Notes under the pieces: model-generated
What the model saw: the letters and a program-made list of their open reading frames with translations, nothing else
Database searches by the model: none
What the model was told of the DNA's origin: nothing
Shown: one piece after another, positions 28,100 through 41,862 of the stretch
How positions within the stretch are numbered: position 1 is the first letter of the stretch
Layout of the letters: each line of letters opens with the position of its first letter
Translations under genes and position numbers: made by a program
Assembly (NCBI GenBank): GCA_951406725.2
Contig: OX597824.1
Location: forward strand, 89,838,001-89,902,000
DNA: 64,000 bases
From: Octopus vulgaris
Taxonomy: Eukaryota
Reading direction: 5' to 3'

Positions 28100-28936
28100 C
28101 GTCTTTCTCTTTATAATCTCTTCTACTCTAAGCACAAGGCCCGATATTTTAGGGGAGGGGGTGGGTAGTCGATTAGATCAACTACAGTACGCAACTGGTA
28201 CTTTATTAACCGACCTCGAAAAGACGAAAGGCAAAGTCGACCCCAGCGGAATTTGAACTCAGAACGTAATCACACACGAAATACCCCTAAGCACTTCGCC
28301 TGGCATGCTAACGTTTCTGCCAGCGACACCCGCATGTTACCCGTACGTACAGGTGCATCTTTACGAATATGCCTCTCAGTTTGCACTTACGAATTTCTGA
28401 GAGAGAAACTGGGGCTGAATAGAGGTTCATATTTTTATTTTAGTGTCTTTAATGGTGAAGTTGAAAAATGCACGTGTGTATCTGCGTACGACCACAGAAT
28501 GAGAAAGAGAGTGGAGAGTTTCAAATCAAGCCAAACCGAAAGTTGTGCTACAGAGAAACAGATTTCACAAAAAGTATAATGATTGCGCAAAACCGTTCCA
28601 ACCGTTTACAAGCGTGCTGTGTTAAAAACGCAACATACATCGGTGGGTAGGGAAGCGAAAAAAATCGTCCTGGCAGCGGCTAGCGGCAACGCTAGATGCA
28701 TTTCGTCCTTCTTAGGGTTTGTCAATGACATATACTCACAACCATATGCTTATCGGAAATTTGTCACCTGTAATATATGAAATATTGCGAATAGCTACCG
28801 GGCTGAATAGAATCTCAGTGAATGCAGCTGCGGAAAAGAAAAAGTATTAAATTGAAATGGCAATCTGCGTATCGTACTTAATGTGAATTAACGAACAAGA
28901 TACTGCGATTTTAGATGGAAATTGCAAGAAACCATT

Positions 28937-28974
<38 letters not shown>

Positions 28975-28979
<5 letters not shown>

Positions 28980-29144
28980 ATATAGAAGGAGCTTCTACAG
29001 GACTAGAACTGTTTCATTCAAGAGAAATCTTTGAATGAAACAGTTCTAGTCCTGTAAAGCTCCTTCTATATAATAAATTAATTTTACTCTGCTATGTATT
29101 GAGTACCTTATTTACTGTGGTTAACCCCGAATCAACCCGGGACC

Positions 29145-29148
<4 letters not shown>
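28975..29148. mobile_element. About 100-bp hairpin (28975-29076): inverted Penelope-like terminal repeat with the 3' half of an HHR
   Basis: TATAGAAGGAGCTT-TACAGGACTAGAACTGTTTCATTCAA and its reverse complement; GAAAC-A-GUU-CUAG; lies in (TA)n. Confidence 0.6.
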
Positions 29149-29195
<47 letters not shown>

Positions 29196-29265
29196 TTATG
29201 TATGTATGTATGTATGTATGTATGTATGTATGTATGTATGTATGTATATGTACACACATACATAT

Positions 29266-29302
<37 letters not shown>

Positions 29303-29587
29303 GTGAGTCAGAGGGAGAAAAATAAGTAGATAGAAATATACAAAGCTGTGTTGTGTGTGAGTGTGTGTGTGTGCGTATGTACATGTGTCATTGGCTTAGC
29401 CCCCCCCCCCCACACCGCTTGATAACCGATGCTGGTTTGTTTACGTACCCGTAACTTAGCGGTAGTTCGGTAAAAGCGACCGATAGAATAAGTAGCAAAC
29501 TTCAAAAATAATTTCTCAGGTAGATTTGTTCAACTAAACTTACAAAGCTGTCCTCCAGCCTGGCCGCAGATTAATGCCCCCAAAAAG

Positions 29588-30065
<478 letters not shown>

Positions 30066-30650
30066 ATTATGGCCATTCATGTGGATCGAACCTGGAATCT
30101 CATGATTACAAAAGGAGTTTCTGAACCATTTGGGCATAAGTATACCTAGCTATACACTCAGATGTGAGCAAAGGAAGGAGCGAGTTTCTGATTGATCGCT
30201 CGACCGAGCACGGAAATCTCTCCCAAAGCATGATACGACCGCCTTTAAGACAGACAGAAGGACGCACAGAACAATGTGATCCTCGGTATACGATGTCAGC
30301 AGGAAAAAAAGAAAGAAAGAAAGGAAAGGAAAAGAAAAGAAAGCATGGAATAATTACAGCTTTCATCGCCGGTTTGTTTGCGCAGCGCTCCTTCATGTGA
30401 AACCCCAGCAGAAGTATCAAATGATACTTGCAACGAGATATCAAGCAATGTATTTCGATATCTAAGATATCAGAATAGATAACAGCGTACAGGTTTGAAC
30501 CTCACACACACACACAGAGACACACACACATGCACGCACGCACCCACGCGCGCGCTCACCACACATACTCGCAGCGCAGATATCGTGGTGCTAAATTTTC
30601 CTGCTGTATAGGAAGCCGAAGGTATTTGTGGTTTCTTTGCTTAACTGAAG

Positions 30651-31930
30651 TATTGGGTCACCCCATAAATAATGCAGTTTTTTAAAATACTTCTCTTATT
30701 TTTCAAAATTAAGATAAACAAGCTTTTTTTTTTAAATCTAAAATATATCCTCCTTCATTTTCTACAATGCTCTTCCATCTATCTAGTAGACTTCCAAGGC
30801 CCCTCTTTCAAAATGCACTTGTCCCTGACGAAAGCTACTCTTCCAGTACTGTTCTGACCTCGTCTACAGAATTCATAATTTTTCCGTCTAAATGATTTTG
30901 AAGACTGCAGAATAAATGATAATCAGATGGAGCAATGTTTGGCGAATATGGTGGATGAGGCATCATTTCCAATTCAAATTGCTCTAGCCTATGGAATGTC
31001 ATCCTCGCTGTATCTGGCCAAGCATTATCCTGATGGAAGAATATCTTTCGTCTTGAAACTAAAGATGGCCTTTTTTCTTCTAGCTCTGACTTAAGCCGCT
31101 CAAGCTGCTCGCAGTAGATCTTCATTGTTATCGTTTAGCTTAAGTTTAAAAGTTCAAAGTGGACTAAACCTCTCTTATCCCACCAAAGAGATAACACCTT
31201 ACGTGGGTGATGACCTTCTTTTGCCTGGGGTACCAGTCTTTCTCTTTTCCCTACCCACTGTCTTCGGCGCTTGACATTTTTATAGAGAGCTCATTTCTTA
31301 TCACCAATCACTATTCAGTCCAAAAAATAGGTTCATTCGTGAGACGTGACAGCAAAGAAGAGCACACATTCACTCTCTGCGCGCGATTAGTCTCAGAAAT
31401 TTGTGAAGAACCCACTGATTCAATTTGCTAATTTTTTCGATGGCACGCAGGTATTGATGAATGGTTGAATGAACAAATCCAATCTTCTTTCTAGTTCCTC
31501 AACAGTTACGATGAGATTTTGTCCCACCAGGGTTTGTAGGACGTCCTCATCGAGTTCTGCAGATCTTCCAGGATGGGGCTCGTCTTCTAGGTTGTAGTTT
31601 CCAGCTTGGAATTTCTGGAACCACCGTTGACACAGACTTAGGCTTATTGTCCGTTCCCCATATACTGCATTAATATTCCTCACGCTTTCCGTTACATTGT
31701 TGCTTTTATTGAACGCATAAAGCAAAATATGGCGAATATGCTCCTTTGTCATTTCCATTATAGCTTTGGAAAAATAACTGAACTCTTCAAAACTTGCACT
31801 AAGAATAAGTCCAAGGTAACAATTACTACCTGCTTTTATAGCAAGTTGATGCAGGTAGTTTATCCCGTCCCCCTCTGACTTTTAGTTCATGCAATTGAGA
31901 AAACCACATTATTTATGGGATAACCCAATA
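30651..31930 (-). mobile_element. Full-length mariner (Tc1/mariner, DD34D-type) transposon with disrupted transposase
   Basis: TIRs TATTGGGT(C/T)A(C/T)CCCATAAATAATG with TA ends; 1.28 kb; ORF pieces MEMTKEHIRHILLY..QRWFQKF..LEDEPHPGRS and FHQDNAWP..HPPYSPNIAPSDYHLF; stops and frameshifts. Confidence 0.93.
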
Positions 31931-32459
31931 TTTTATACCTCTGTCTATCTGTTTGTCTGCCTGACTGTCTGTCTGCCTGTCTGTTTGTCTGTTTGTATCT
32001 CTCTCTCTCTACACACACACACACATATATACATATGTGCATACACAGAGAGAAAGAGCGTGGAGAGTTTCAAACTAAACCGAAAGTTGTGATACAAACG
32101 AACAGATTTCATAAAAATCATTAAACTTTTTGCTGCTGTTTAACTCAAGTAAACCTTGGTCGATTAACCTTATGTTCAAAACCTCTCTCTCTCTCTCTCA
32201 TTCTGTGCGTGTGTGTGTGTGTGTGTGTGTGTTTTGTTCCTTACGTACCGGATTATTTCCTCAGCATAAAGAGAGATTTCAAAACTCGAACCTAATGAAC
32301 CATTTTATGCCGCCGCTTGTAGCCTTCAGCATCTTCTTGATAGATATTCTCCTGGATAGAAAATAGTCCATCTCAGGTAAATTTCTTGTTGTTCAGCTCG
32401 TGGTGATGTGGCGTCTAATCACAAATAAAGCCGCACTAGATTGTTTACTTGCCATAAGT

Positions 32460-32860
32460 GTAGGCGTGGCTGTGCGATAAGAAGTTTGCTTCCCAACCCC
32501 ACGGCTCCGGGTTGAGTCCCACTGCGTGGAACCACGGGAAAGTGCCTTCTATAGCCCCGCGCCGAGCAAAGCCCTGTGAATAAATTTGGTTAACGGAAAC
32601 AGCGTGGAAGACCGTCATGTAAACCTGTTTTTTTTGTGTCTCTGTTTCTGTGATTACCAGCCCCGCCTACTCTACTTGGCAACTAATCCGTTAGCCGAAC
32701 CGCTAAGTTACGTCCCTGTAGGTTAGCGGTTCGGCAAAAGGGGCGGATGAGATAAGTGCCAGACTTAAAAGCAAATAACTACTGGGATCAATCTATTCAA
32801 CTAAACCCTTAAAGCTGGTGCCCCAGCATGGGCTTAATCCAATAACTGAATCAAACAGGT
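32460..32860 (+). mobile_element. SINE family A, diverged
   Basis: Homology to the other copies. Confidence 0.7.
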
Positions 32861-33031
32861 GAGAATAGAATTGCACATATTCTTGAATTTCGTTGTTTTA
32901 CGCAATAAAATGATTCCGTTGTAAATATGATACGACTATATGGAGGTATATACGCTTGAAGGGGAACGGCGAATCGGATCGAGAGAAGGGCGTGGTTTCC
33001 GACTGGCCCTCGAGAGGGAAGCCGAAGCAGG

Positions 33032-33155
33032 GCGCTGCTCTCCAACCTGCGGGCTCTGGCACGCAGCCTACGAGCGCTGCTCTGCAACCCGGGGGCACTG
33101 CCATGCAACCTGCGTGCGCTGCACTGCAGCCTGCGGGTGCTACGATGCAATTTGC

Positions 33156-33157
<2 letters not shown>
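33032..33157. repeat. Six degenerate 21-bp GC-rich tandem units ending in the octamer ATTTGCAT
   Basis: Units such as GCGCTGCTCTCCAACCTGCGG, GCGCTGCTCTGCAACCCGGGG and GCGCTGCACTGCAGCCTGCGG in exact 21-bp register. Confidence 0.8.
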
Positions 33158-33209
<52 letters not shown>

Positions 33210-33402
33210 GGGCAGCTAACTAGCTAGGTACTACTCTTTCTATCTCTTTAGATAGATATTTAAATAATAAGGCTGAAAAATTGAATATTAATTTGATTAA
33301 TATCAATTTAAAACCAATTGCCTAGCATATTGGAAAATCTGAAGATTCAGAAAAATTATATTGCATACATGTATGTAATATAAATCTTTAGATAGATGGA
33401 TG

Positions 33403-33476
<74 letters not shown>

Positions 33477-33576
33477 AAGATAGATAGACAGATGATAGAT
33501 GATAGATAGATAGATAGATAGAAAGATAGATAGATTGATAGATAGATAGATTGATAGATAGATAGATAGATAGATT

Positions 33577-33618
<42 letters not shown>

Positions 33619-34517
33619 CAGATAAATAAATAGATAGCTAGATAGCTAGATAGATAGATAGACAAGTGCTAGTGTTGTTGTTGTTGTTGTTGTTGTTGTT
33701 GGTGGTGGTGGTGTGTGTGTGTGTGTGTATGTTTGTGTGCTCATTTGTGGTATCACAAGTTGGCGTGATGTCAGCTGCCCCAACTAACTAAATGACATTT
33801 AAAGGCTGTTTTTTTTTTCTTTAAGGATTACACATTTATGTTCAGGGATTGGTAACGTTTCGAGAAAGGATGATTTTTGCATAGAGAATAGGCGGAAGTA
33901 CGTAAATCAGTAAGACCGAAATACGGTAAGAGGAGGAGGAGGAGGAGGAGGAGGAGGAAGAGGAGGAGAAAGATGAGATATTTGAAATCGGGGTCTAATG
34001 GTCAATTAGCAAAGCCCACCTTATATACACTGAATTTAATCACTGTGTATTTACAACAGAGAATCCATCCTCGTGTATTGCTATAAAAGTACGCAGCTGA
34101 CATTTTCTGGCAGTTTCTACCTAATTAATGGTTTATATCTTCTCCCCTTTCTCCCTCCCTCTCTCTCTCACTCTCTCTCTCCCATTTCTCTCCCTCTCTC
34201 TCTCTTTCTCTCTTTCTCCTTTCTCTCTTCCTCTCTCCCCCTCTCTTCACCCCTCTCGTCCTTTTGACGCAATCGATGTTTACTATAAGAACGCCGCCTT
34301 CAAAGACGCATCTCTAACTTTCTTGTTTATGAGATGTTCACTTCGTTATTTTCTTGCTTATTTGTTTGGTGGAAATGTATTCCCGCCGTGTCTCAAGTAA
34401 TATGGCGGTCGTTTATTTAAATAAAGTCACTGATTTTTATGACTAAATATGTGAATTTGAGAATTTGTGTGCTTTTTGTGAGTGTATGTATGTATGTGCG
34501 TGCATATGTGTTTATGC

Positions 34518-34549
<32 letters not shown>

Positions 34550-34728
34550 ACATATATATATATGTTTGTATGTATATATACATATATATATATACATACA
34601 TATATATATATACATATATATATAGACATATAATATACATATTTATATATACATATATATACATATATATATATACACATATATATACATATATGTACGT
34701 ACATATATATATACATATATGTACGTAC

Positions 34729-34793
<65 letters not shown>

Positions 34794-34872
34794 ATATATG
34801 CATTGGTATATATGTATATGCATATGTATATATGTATTTATGTACATGTATATGAATATGTATACATATATA

Positions 34873-34930
<58 letters not shown>

Positions 34931-35896
34931 TGTATGTATGTATGTATGTATGTATGTATGTGTGTGTATGTATTTATGTATATATAACAGTATGACATAT
35001 TGCAAGCTGATGTTTGGTGTAACGATTTTAAAGTTTCACCTTCTAGTAAATTATGTAACACTAATTTTAGTAGCGAGTACCGCTTCTTTCTGATACTTGC
35101 ACTCCCACATATACATCTATACATCTTTTTAATTATCTACTTATCTCTCTATGGCTGTGTGTTATTGTTTGTGTGTTTGTGCGTCTATGATAGCCATACT
35201 TATACAACTTTGTGCTGGAGATGTTTAGAGTCTTACGTAATTTCGATAAACGGGCATCGCACGAACAGTGGTTCCGTTCAATCGGTCCTTCGGTCAACTC
35301 CACACATCAGAAGCTTGGAAAGCCTCAGTGTAATTCTAGGTGCTGTAAGCGATGTAGATCATTGGTTGTTGTGTATGTATTTCCCAACTTTTCAAGGAAT
35401 AATTTGGCCATGTACCGGCTAGTGGAAACTTAGTTCGTATTTTCAAATTTTAAGGTAATGGGTGCTGTGGATTTTCTCAAGGAATCAGAAGGTGCAACGC
35501 CGATATTTTTAAATGCCTGTATCTTACCTAATATTGCTCATCAGATGTTGGTTGTCTCACCTTTGTCTTTCGATTTCAAAACGTCCTTCTTCACAAAAAA
35601 AAAGACACAGTAAGCGATCTGCTTAATTGAGTCAGTGAATAATAAAATATACAGCAAATATGACGTAAAGAACTACAAAGAATATATCAATCAAACTGTG
35701 TTTACAAAAAAGAATCAATGAAAGAACTTCTAAATTATGTTCAGCATTATGTGATGCACTGTACAATGTACGTATATATTTCAAGTGTAACTGTCCGAAA
35801 CAGTAAGGACTTCTGGTAACTTGACTGAGGAAAGAAGGCTACGAATGACCCGCCTTTTTTGCCTGTCTTTCCAATTGTTGTTTATCCTGTAGACAC

Positions 35897-36536
35897 ATGT
35901 GTGGCTGTGTGATAAGAAGCTTGCTTCCTAACCACATGGTTCTGGGTTCTGTCTCACTGCCTGGCACATAGCCTTGGGCCGACCAAAGACTTGTGAGTAG
36001 ATTTGGAAGAAACTGAAAGAAACCTGTCGTATATATATAAGTATATACCTATATGTGAGTATTTGCGCCATTGTTCGTTCCCATCATCGCTGATAGCTGG
36101 TGCAGTTTGTTTACGTCCACGTAACTTAGCGGTTTGGTACAAAAAAGAAACCAATAGAATAAATACCAGGCTTTGCAAATAAATAAACAAATAAGAAGTG
36201 TTGTCGATTTTTTACACTAAATACTTCTCGGCGGTGTCCCAGCATGGCTGCAGTCCAATGACTGAAAGAAGTAGAAGATAAAAGATAAATGATATATTGA
36301 ACTAATTCTGAACAGTTTATTACAAAAAGATTTTAATATATTTCAAATGGAAACTCATTTATATTAACAAGGAGTGGCTATGTGGTAAGCAGCTTGCTTC
36401 CCAACCACATGGTTCCGTGTTCAGTCCCATTGCGTGGCACCTTGGGCAAGTGTCTTCTTCTATAGCCTCGGGGCGACCAAAGCCTTGTGAGTGGATTTGG
36501 TAGACGGAAACTGAAAAAAGCCCGTCGTATATATGC

Positions 36537-36601
<65 letters not shown>

Positions 36602-36828
36602 TGTGTGTGCGTGTGTGTGTGTTTGTGTGTCCGTGTTTGTCCCCCCAACATCGCTTGACAACCGATCCTGTTGTGTTTACGTCCCCGTAACTTAGCGGTT
36701 CGGCAAAAGAGATCCGATAGAATAAGTACTAGGCTTACAAAGAATAAGTCCTGGTGTCGATTTTAGCTCGACTAAAAGCGGTGCTCCAGCATGGCCACAG
36801 TCAAATGACTGAAACAAGTAAAAGAGTA
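35897..36828 (+). mobile_element. Two consecutive SINE family A copies (35897-36290 diverged; 36370-36828)
   Basis: Homology to the other copies. Confidence 0.8.
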
Positions 36829-37030
36829 TATCGCCACGCTCCGAGGACACAACAAACACTAAAAGCACAACTGCAGCCCGTTCACAACCATTCCAACAAC
36901 AACAACATAAACAATAACAACAACAACTACAGCAATAAGAAAACACAAATACAACAGCCAAAACTGAACCTACAAAAACAAACAATTTAAACTGTACACA
37001 AAATGTCTCCTTCATTTTCATCGTTGTAAA

Positions 37031-37600
37031 TATTGGGTTGTCCGGAAAGTTCATGCCGATTTTTAAAGGATAGAAAAAGGTCAATAAATACCTGCCATTA
37101 TATTTTTAATCAACCAAATATGAACCATTTTGTTGCACAATGCGTCTCCATCTTTCTTTTAATTTGAAAATAACCTCTTCCCAGAATTGAGGTGGTTTCA
37201 TGGCAAAGAATTCATCAAGGTATCTTTTTAGGTCATCCAAGGAATTGAAATTTTTACCATTAAGACTATTCTGTAGAGACCTGAATAAGTGGAAATCTGA
37301 AGGAGCAATATCTGTTGAATATGGAGGATGGGGTAACACATCCCAGCCGAGCTGCAGCAATTTTTGTCTGGTTCCCAAAGCATCAAGTGCCGAAAGTGAA
37401 CTTTCTTATCTTCCATTTTAAAGGGTTACAGAATTAACACATGTTATAGGAACATAAACCTTCTTCCACGAAAAGATAGCTTAAACTGTGCTCTAAATAG
37501 AGGTGTAGTCAAATCCTATTTTATGGACTCAGCCATGTTCTAAAATAAGTCCAAATGTAAGCTATTATAAACCGGCACGAACTTTCCGGACAACCCAATA
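37031..37600 (-). mobile_element. Internally deleted mariner (570 bp), different family from 30651-31930
   Basis: TIRs TATTGGGTTGTCCGGAAAGTTC(A/G)TGCCG; N-terminus MEDKKVHFRHLML spliced to C-terminal LGWDVLPHPPYSTDIAPSDFHLFRSLQN..RWRRIVQQNGSYLVD. Confidence 0.92.
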
Positions 37601-38234
37601 AAAACAACAGCAAGTCGATGGAATACTGAAATCATAACAAAAGTAAAATTGAGACAGAGGGTTTAGCAATCTGAGGATTTCATCCTCAAAGCCTCAAACT
37701 GGCCAGCTACACAGATCAAAAATTTGTGATCTGCTCGGTCGATTGAAATAGGACCCGTAGACTGGGGCTTAGTTACAACAAGATGAACGCGTCTTTACCA
37801 GCACGCAAAGACTACAGGGACCGGGTTAGTGAACTAGTAAAGCAGTGAACTAGTTTAATTAGTGGTGAGTCACTCTGAAGAGGTCGATTAGAGCAGAATC
37901 GATAGCTTTTTCGCAAATAACTAGATTTGAGGAAGAACTAGTTAGTAACCCAGAAGAGGCAGTCAGTAATGGCACCGCGACCGATGTGCCGAGGGCGAAA
38001 TATAGAAGTTGCATTGTCACAGTTAAGGGCTCGTGCGCTCAAACACGAAACAACTAAAACCATTCAAAGGACCCGAACGGTGGAGATACGACGTGGCAAC
38101 AAAACCACGTCCAGGTCGTTGGCGAACAAAACAGCAGTCAGACTAAATGGTAAAGGAAGGAAGGACAGTTTGGGGAAAAATTAGAAGGCAGGTTGAAAAG
38201 TAGTTGCAGGGTGAGTAGAGAAATGTTAAGTGGT

Positions 38235-38444
38235 AGCAAAATCAGCAGAATGGTTAGCACGCCGGGCGAAATGCATAGCGGTATTTCGCCTGTCTTTACG
38301 TTCTGAGTTCAAATTCCACTGAGGCCGACTTTGCCTTTCATCCTTTCGGGGTCGATCAGTAAGGTTCCAGTTGCGTACTGAGGTTGATGTAATCGAGTAG
38401 TCCCCTTCCCCCAAATTCCAGGCCTTGTACCTATAGCAGAAAGG

Positions 38445-38445
<1 letters not shown>
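38235..38445 (+). mobile_element. SINE family B with (ATT)n tail
   Basis: GAGTTCAAATTCC..GACTTTGCCTTTCATCCTTTCGGGGTCGAT. Confidence 0.8.
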
Positions 38446-38515
<70 letters not shown>

Positions 38516-38527
38516 CATCTATGTACG

Positions 38528-38624
<97 letters not shown>

Positions 38625-39454
38625 AAGTCGAATTGGGAATGTGTTGGAGACTACAACAAAAAAAAAATCGAAACAAAAGGAGGCGGGGTTTCTGACTAAA
38701 TTAGAAGTTGCTTTACTCGAGTGTGTGCCCCCCGAGGTAGCCCTTGGATTTGCCCCTCCCCCACTGGGCCTCCAAGCCTTTATAGGTTTATACAGCAAGG
38801 CCTTAAAGTGCCATCCTCATAAAAGTGCAGCCCGGAGCCCGGAGCTGACTGCTCCTCCTAGGTCCCTTCCCTAACAACGCCACTGACATGGTGGAATATG
38901 TGACGATGTAGATAAAGATGCGAAGATGATGAAGTAAATTTTAGGGGCCGGGCAGAAATTAGCCGAGCGTAAGTGTGTATGGGTAAGCAGAGAAATGTTG
39001 GGAGAGTTAATGGCGAAAATAAGGGCCAGTTTAAAATAAGGTGCGTGTAAGAAACGGAAGGTCGAGAAGATAAGTGGCCGAAATGGAGGGGTCAGTTTAA
39101 AATAATGAACGGGTAAGTGATGAAAGATTTGAAGGGGTGTGGGTAGGTACAAGAAGGGATTTAAAAATGACCTGTGAAAAAATTAGGGTCCCAGAGTGAA
39201 AACATGGAGCAGTAAACAACAACATAAAGATTGAACTTGTGTTATTTGTTGCAACAGATGCAATAGCAGCTGCAAGTGTAAACTGCAAACACTACAGTTG
39301 TGAGAAATCACGTGGTGTGCAACCAGTGTTGCGACATCTCCAAATTTGGATAAACCACAATTATTGGAGATCTGAGTGAATATGTGTGGCTGTGTGGATG
39401 TGTGTATATGTATATGTTTGTGCTTGAATTTGTGTGTGTATGAACTTGTATGTG

Positions 39455-39880
39455 TGTGTGTGTACAATAGGGTGTATGTGTGGTTGGGAAGAGACACAAG
39501 TATGCGTTTATGTGTGTGTGTGTACAATAGGGTGTATATGTGGTTGGGAAGAGACGCAAGTATGTGTGTGTGTGTACAATAGGGTGTATGTGTGGTTGGA
39601 AAGAGACATAAGTATGCGTTTATGTGTGTGTGTGTGTGTGTGTCTGTACAATAGGGTGTATGTGTGGTTGGGAAGAGACACAAGTATGCGTTTATGTGTG
39701 TGTGTGTGTGTGTACAATAGGGTGTATGTGTGGTTGGGAAGAGACACAAGTATGTGTGTGTGTGTGTGTGTGTACAATAGGGTGTATGTGTGGTTGGGAA
39801 GAGACGCAAGTATGTGTGTGTGTGTGTGTGTGTGTACAATAGGGTGTATGTGTGGTTGGGAAGAGACACAAGTATGCGTT

Positions 39881-39917
<37 letters not shown>

Positions 39918-40022
39918 AATAGGGTGTATGTGTGGTTGGGAAGAGACACAAGTATGCGTTTATGTGTGTGTGTGTACAATAGGGTGTATGTGTGGTTGGG
40001 AAGAGACACAAGTATGCGTTTA

Positions 40023-40053
<31 letters not shown>

Positions 40054-40165
40054 ACAATAGGGTGTATGTGTGGTTGGGAAGAGACATAAGTATGCGTTTA
40101 TGCGTGTGTGTGTGTGTGTGTGTACAATAGGGTGTATGTGTGGTTGGGGAGAGACACAAGTATGC

Positions 40166-40170
<5 letters not shown>
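39455..40170. repeat. Minisatellite: 11 copies of a 40-48-bp core separated by variable (TG)n
   Basis: Core TACAATAGGGTGTATGTGTGGTTGGGAAGAGACACAAGTATG(CGTTTA). Confidence 0.92.
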
Positions 40171-40207
<37 letters not shown>

Positions 40208-40413
40208 GAGCTATGCACGCGTAGTTGAATGTGTACGTGTTTAGCTGAGCGTAAATATGTGTGTACGTGCGTGAGTGGCTACATATGTGTGCTTGTATAC
40301 GTGTATATGTGTGGGTATATAAACGGGTATATATTTGCAGTCGGGTAGGCGGAAATGCTGTGCGAGTGTGTGTGTGTATGTGTGAGTATGTGTGTGTGTG
40401 TGTGTATGCGTGA

Positions 40414-40448
<35 letters not shown>

Positions 40449-40575
40449 ATATTGGATTACGTGTCCATATACATGTGTGTGTTGTACCGAAAGTGTGTCA
40501 CATGTGTTTGTATGTGTGTTTCTAAGACTATGAGATATGTGTGTGTTTGCCTCTGCCTGTGTGTATGTGCATGTG

Positions 40576-40635
<60 letters not shown>

Positions 40636-40931
40636 ATACTTCTCTGTAGAAAGAAATTCTCGCATACGCGAAATAAAAGTATGTATACGTGTGTGTGTGT
40701 GTGTGTACATATATGTGTGTGTGTATGCATATATGAGTGTGTGTTTGTGTGTGTGTGAGTATGAGTCCGTATGCGTATGTGTTTATGTGTGTGTGTATGT
40801 GTGTATGTGTGTATGTACACGAATGTGTTTGTGTGTGTGTGTGTGTGTGTGTATGATATTTCCCTGTGGAAAGAAATATCCACATACGTGACTAATATGT
40901 GTGAACAAGTGTGTGTGTGTGTGTGTGTATG

Positions 40932-40995
<64 letters not shown>

Positions 40996-41197
40996 TATAT
41001 ACGTATGTTATGCGTGTGTGTACGACAGCTTATTCTCGTGCATGGCAATGTGAATGCGCGCGAGTGCCGTGCTTCCCAAGAAATACGTGACAAGGGCGAA
41101 TCCCGGAAGTCTTCTGCGAGTATGACTCTATTGATGCAGAGAGATGTATATACAAAACATTTCTGTGAGCCCTCGTGTGGATGTTTGTGTGCGCGTG

Positions 41198-41238
<41 letters not shown>

Positions 41239-41430
41239 TCCACAGCCATACCAACAATTCAACATACCTCCATCATCAGCTGCCCCACGAGACCCACCAA
41301 GTATGTATGTATGTATGTATGTATATATGTATGTATGTATGTATATATATATATATATATATATGTTTATATAAATCAATATATATATATATATATCTAT
41401 CTATCTATATATTTATATATATATATATAA

Positions 41431-41488
<58 letters not shown>

Positions 41489-41792
41489 TTACACACACGG
41501 GCATGCGCATGCACACACATACATGTATATATAGATATGAGTGCGTGTGTGTGTGCGCGTATCTATATGTATGTACGTTTGGCAGAATCGTTAGAATGCC
41601 GGACAAAATGTTAAGCGGGCGTTACGTTCTGAGTTCAAATTCCGCCAAGGTCGACTTTGCCTTTCATTCTTTCGTGGTCGACAAATTAAGTACCAGTGAA
41701 AGACTGGCGTCGATGTAATCGACTAGTAGCCTCCCCACAAATTTCAAGCCTTGTGCCTTCAGTAGAAAGCATTATTATTATTAATATTATTA

Positions 41793-41851
<59 letters not shown>

Positions 41852-41862
41852 ATTATTATTAT

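Noticed and set aside
32900-33157. U6-type Pol III gene driven by the octamer on the minus strand
   Set aside because: A T-run follows the putative start almost immediately, and no known snRNA sequence is recognisable.
35225-35305. Possible HHR on minus strand (CCGAAGG..hairpin..GAAAUUACGUA)
   Set aside because: Core and stem I too degenerate to support.
37900-39180. Purine-rich unique sequence as exon or retroelement ORF1
   Set aside because: Frequent stops and no recognisable motif; possibly an old retroelement, unclassifiable by eye.
39455-40170. CRISPR-like repeat-spacer look
   Set aside because: Spacers are only (TG)n; eukaryotic context; no cas genes.
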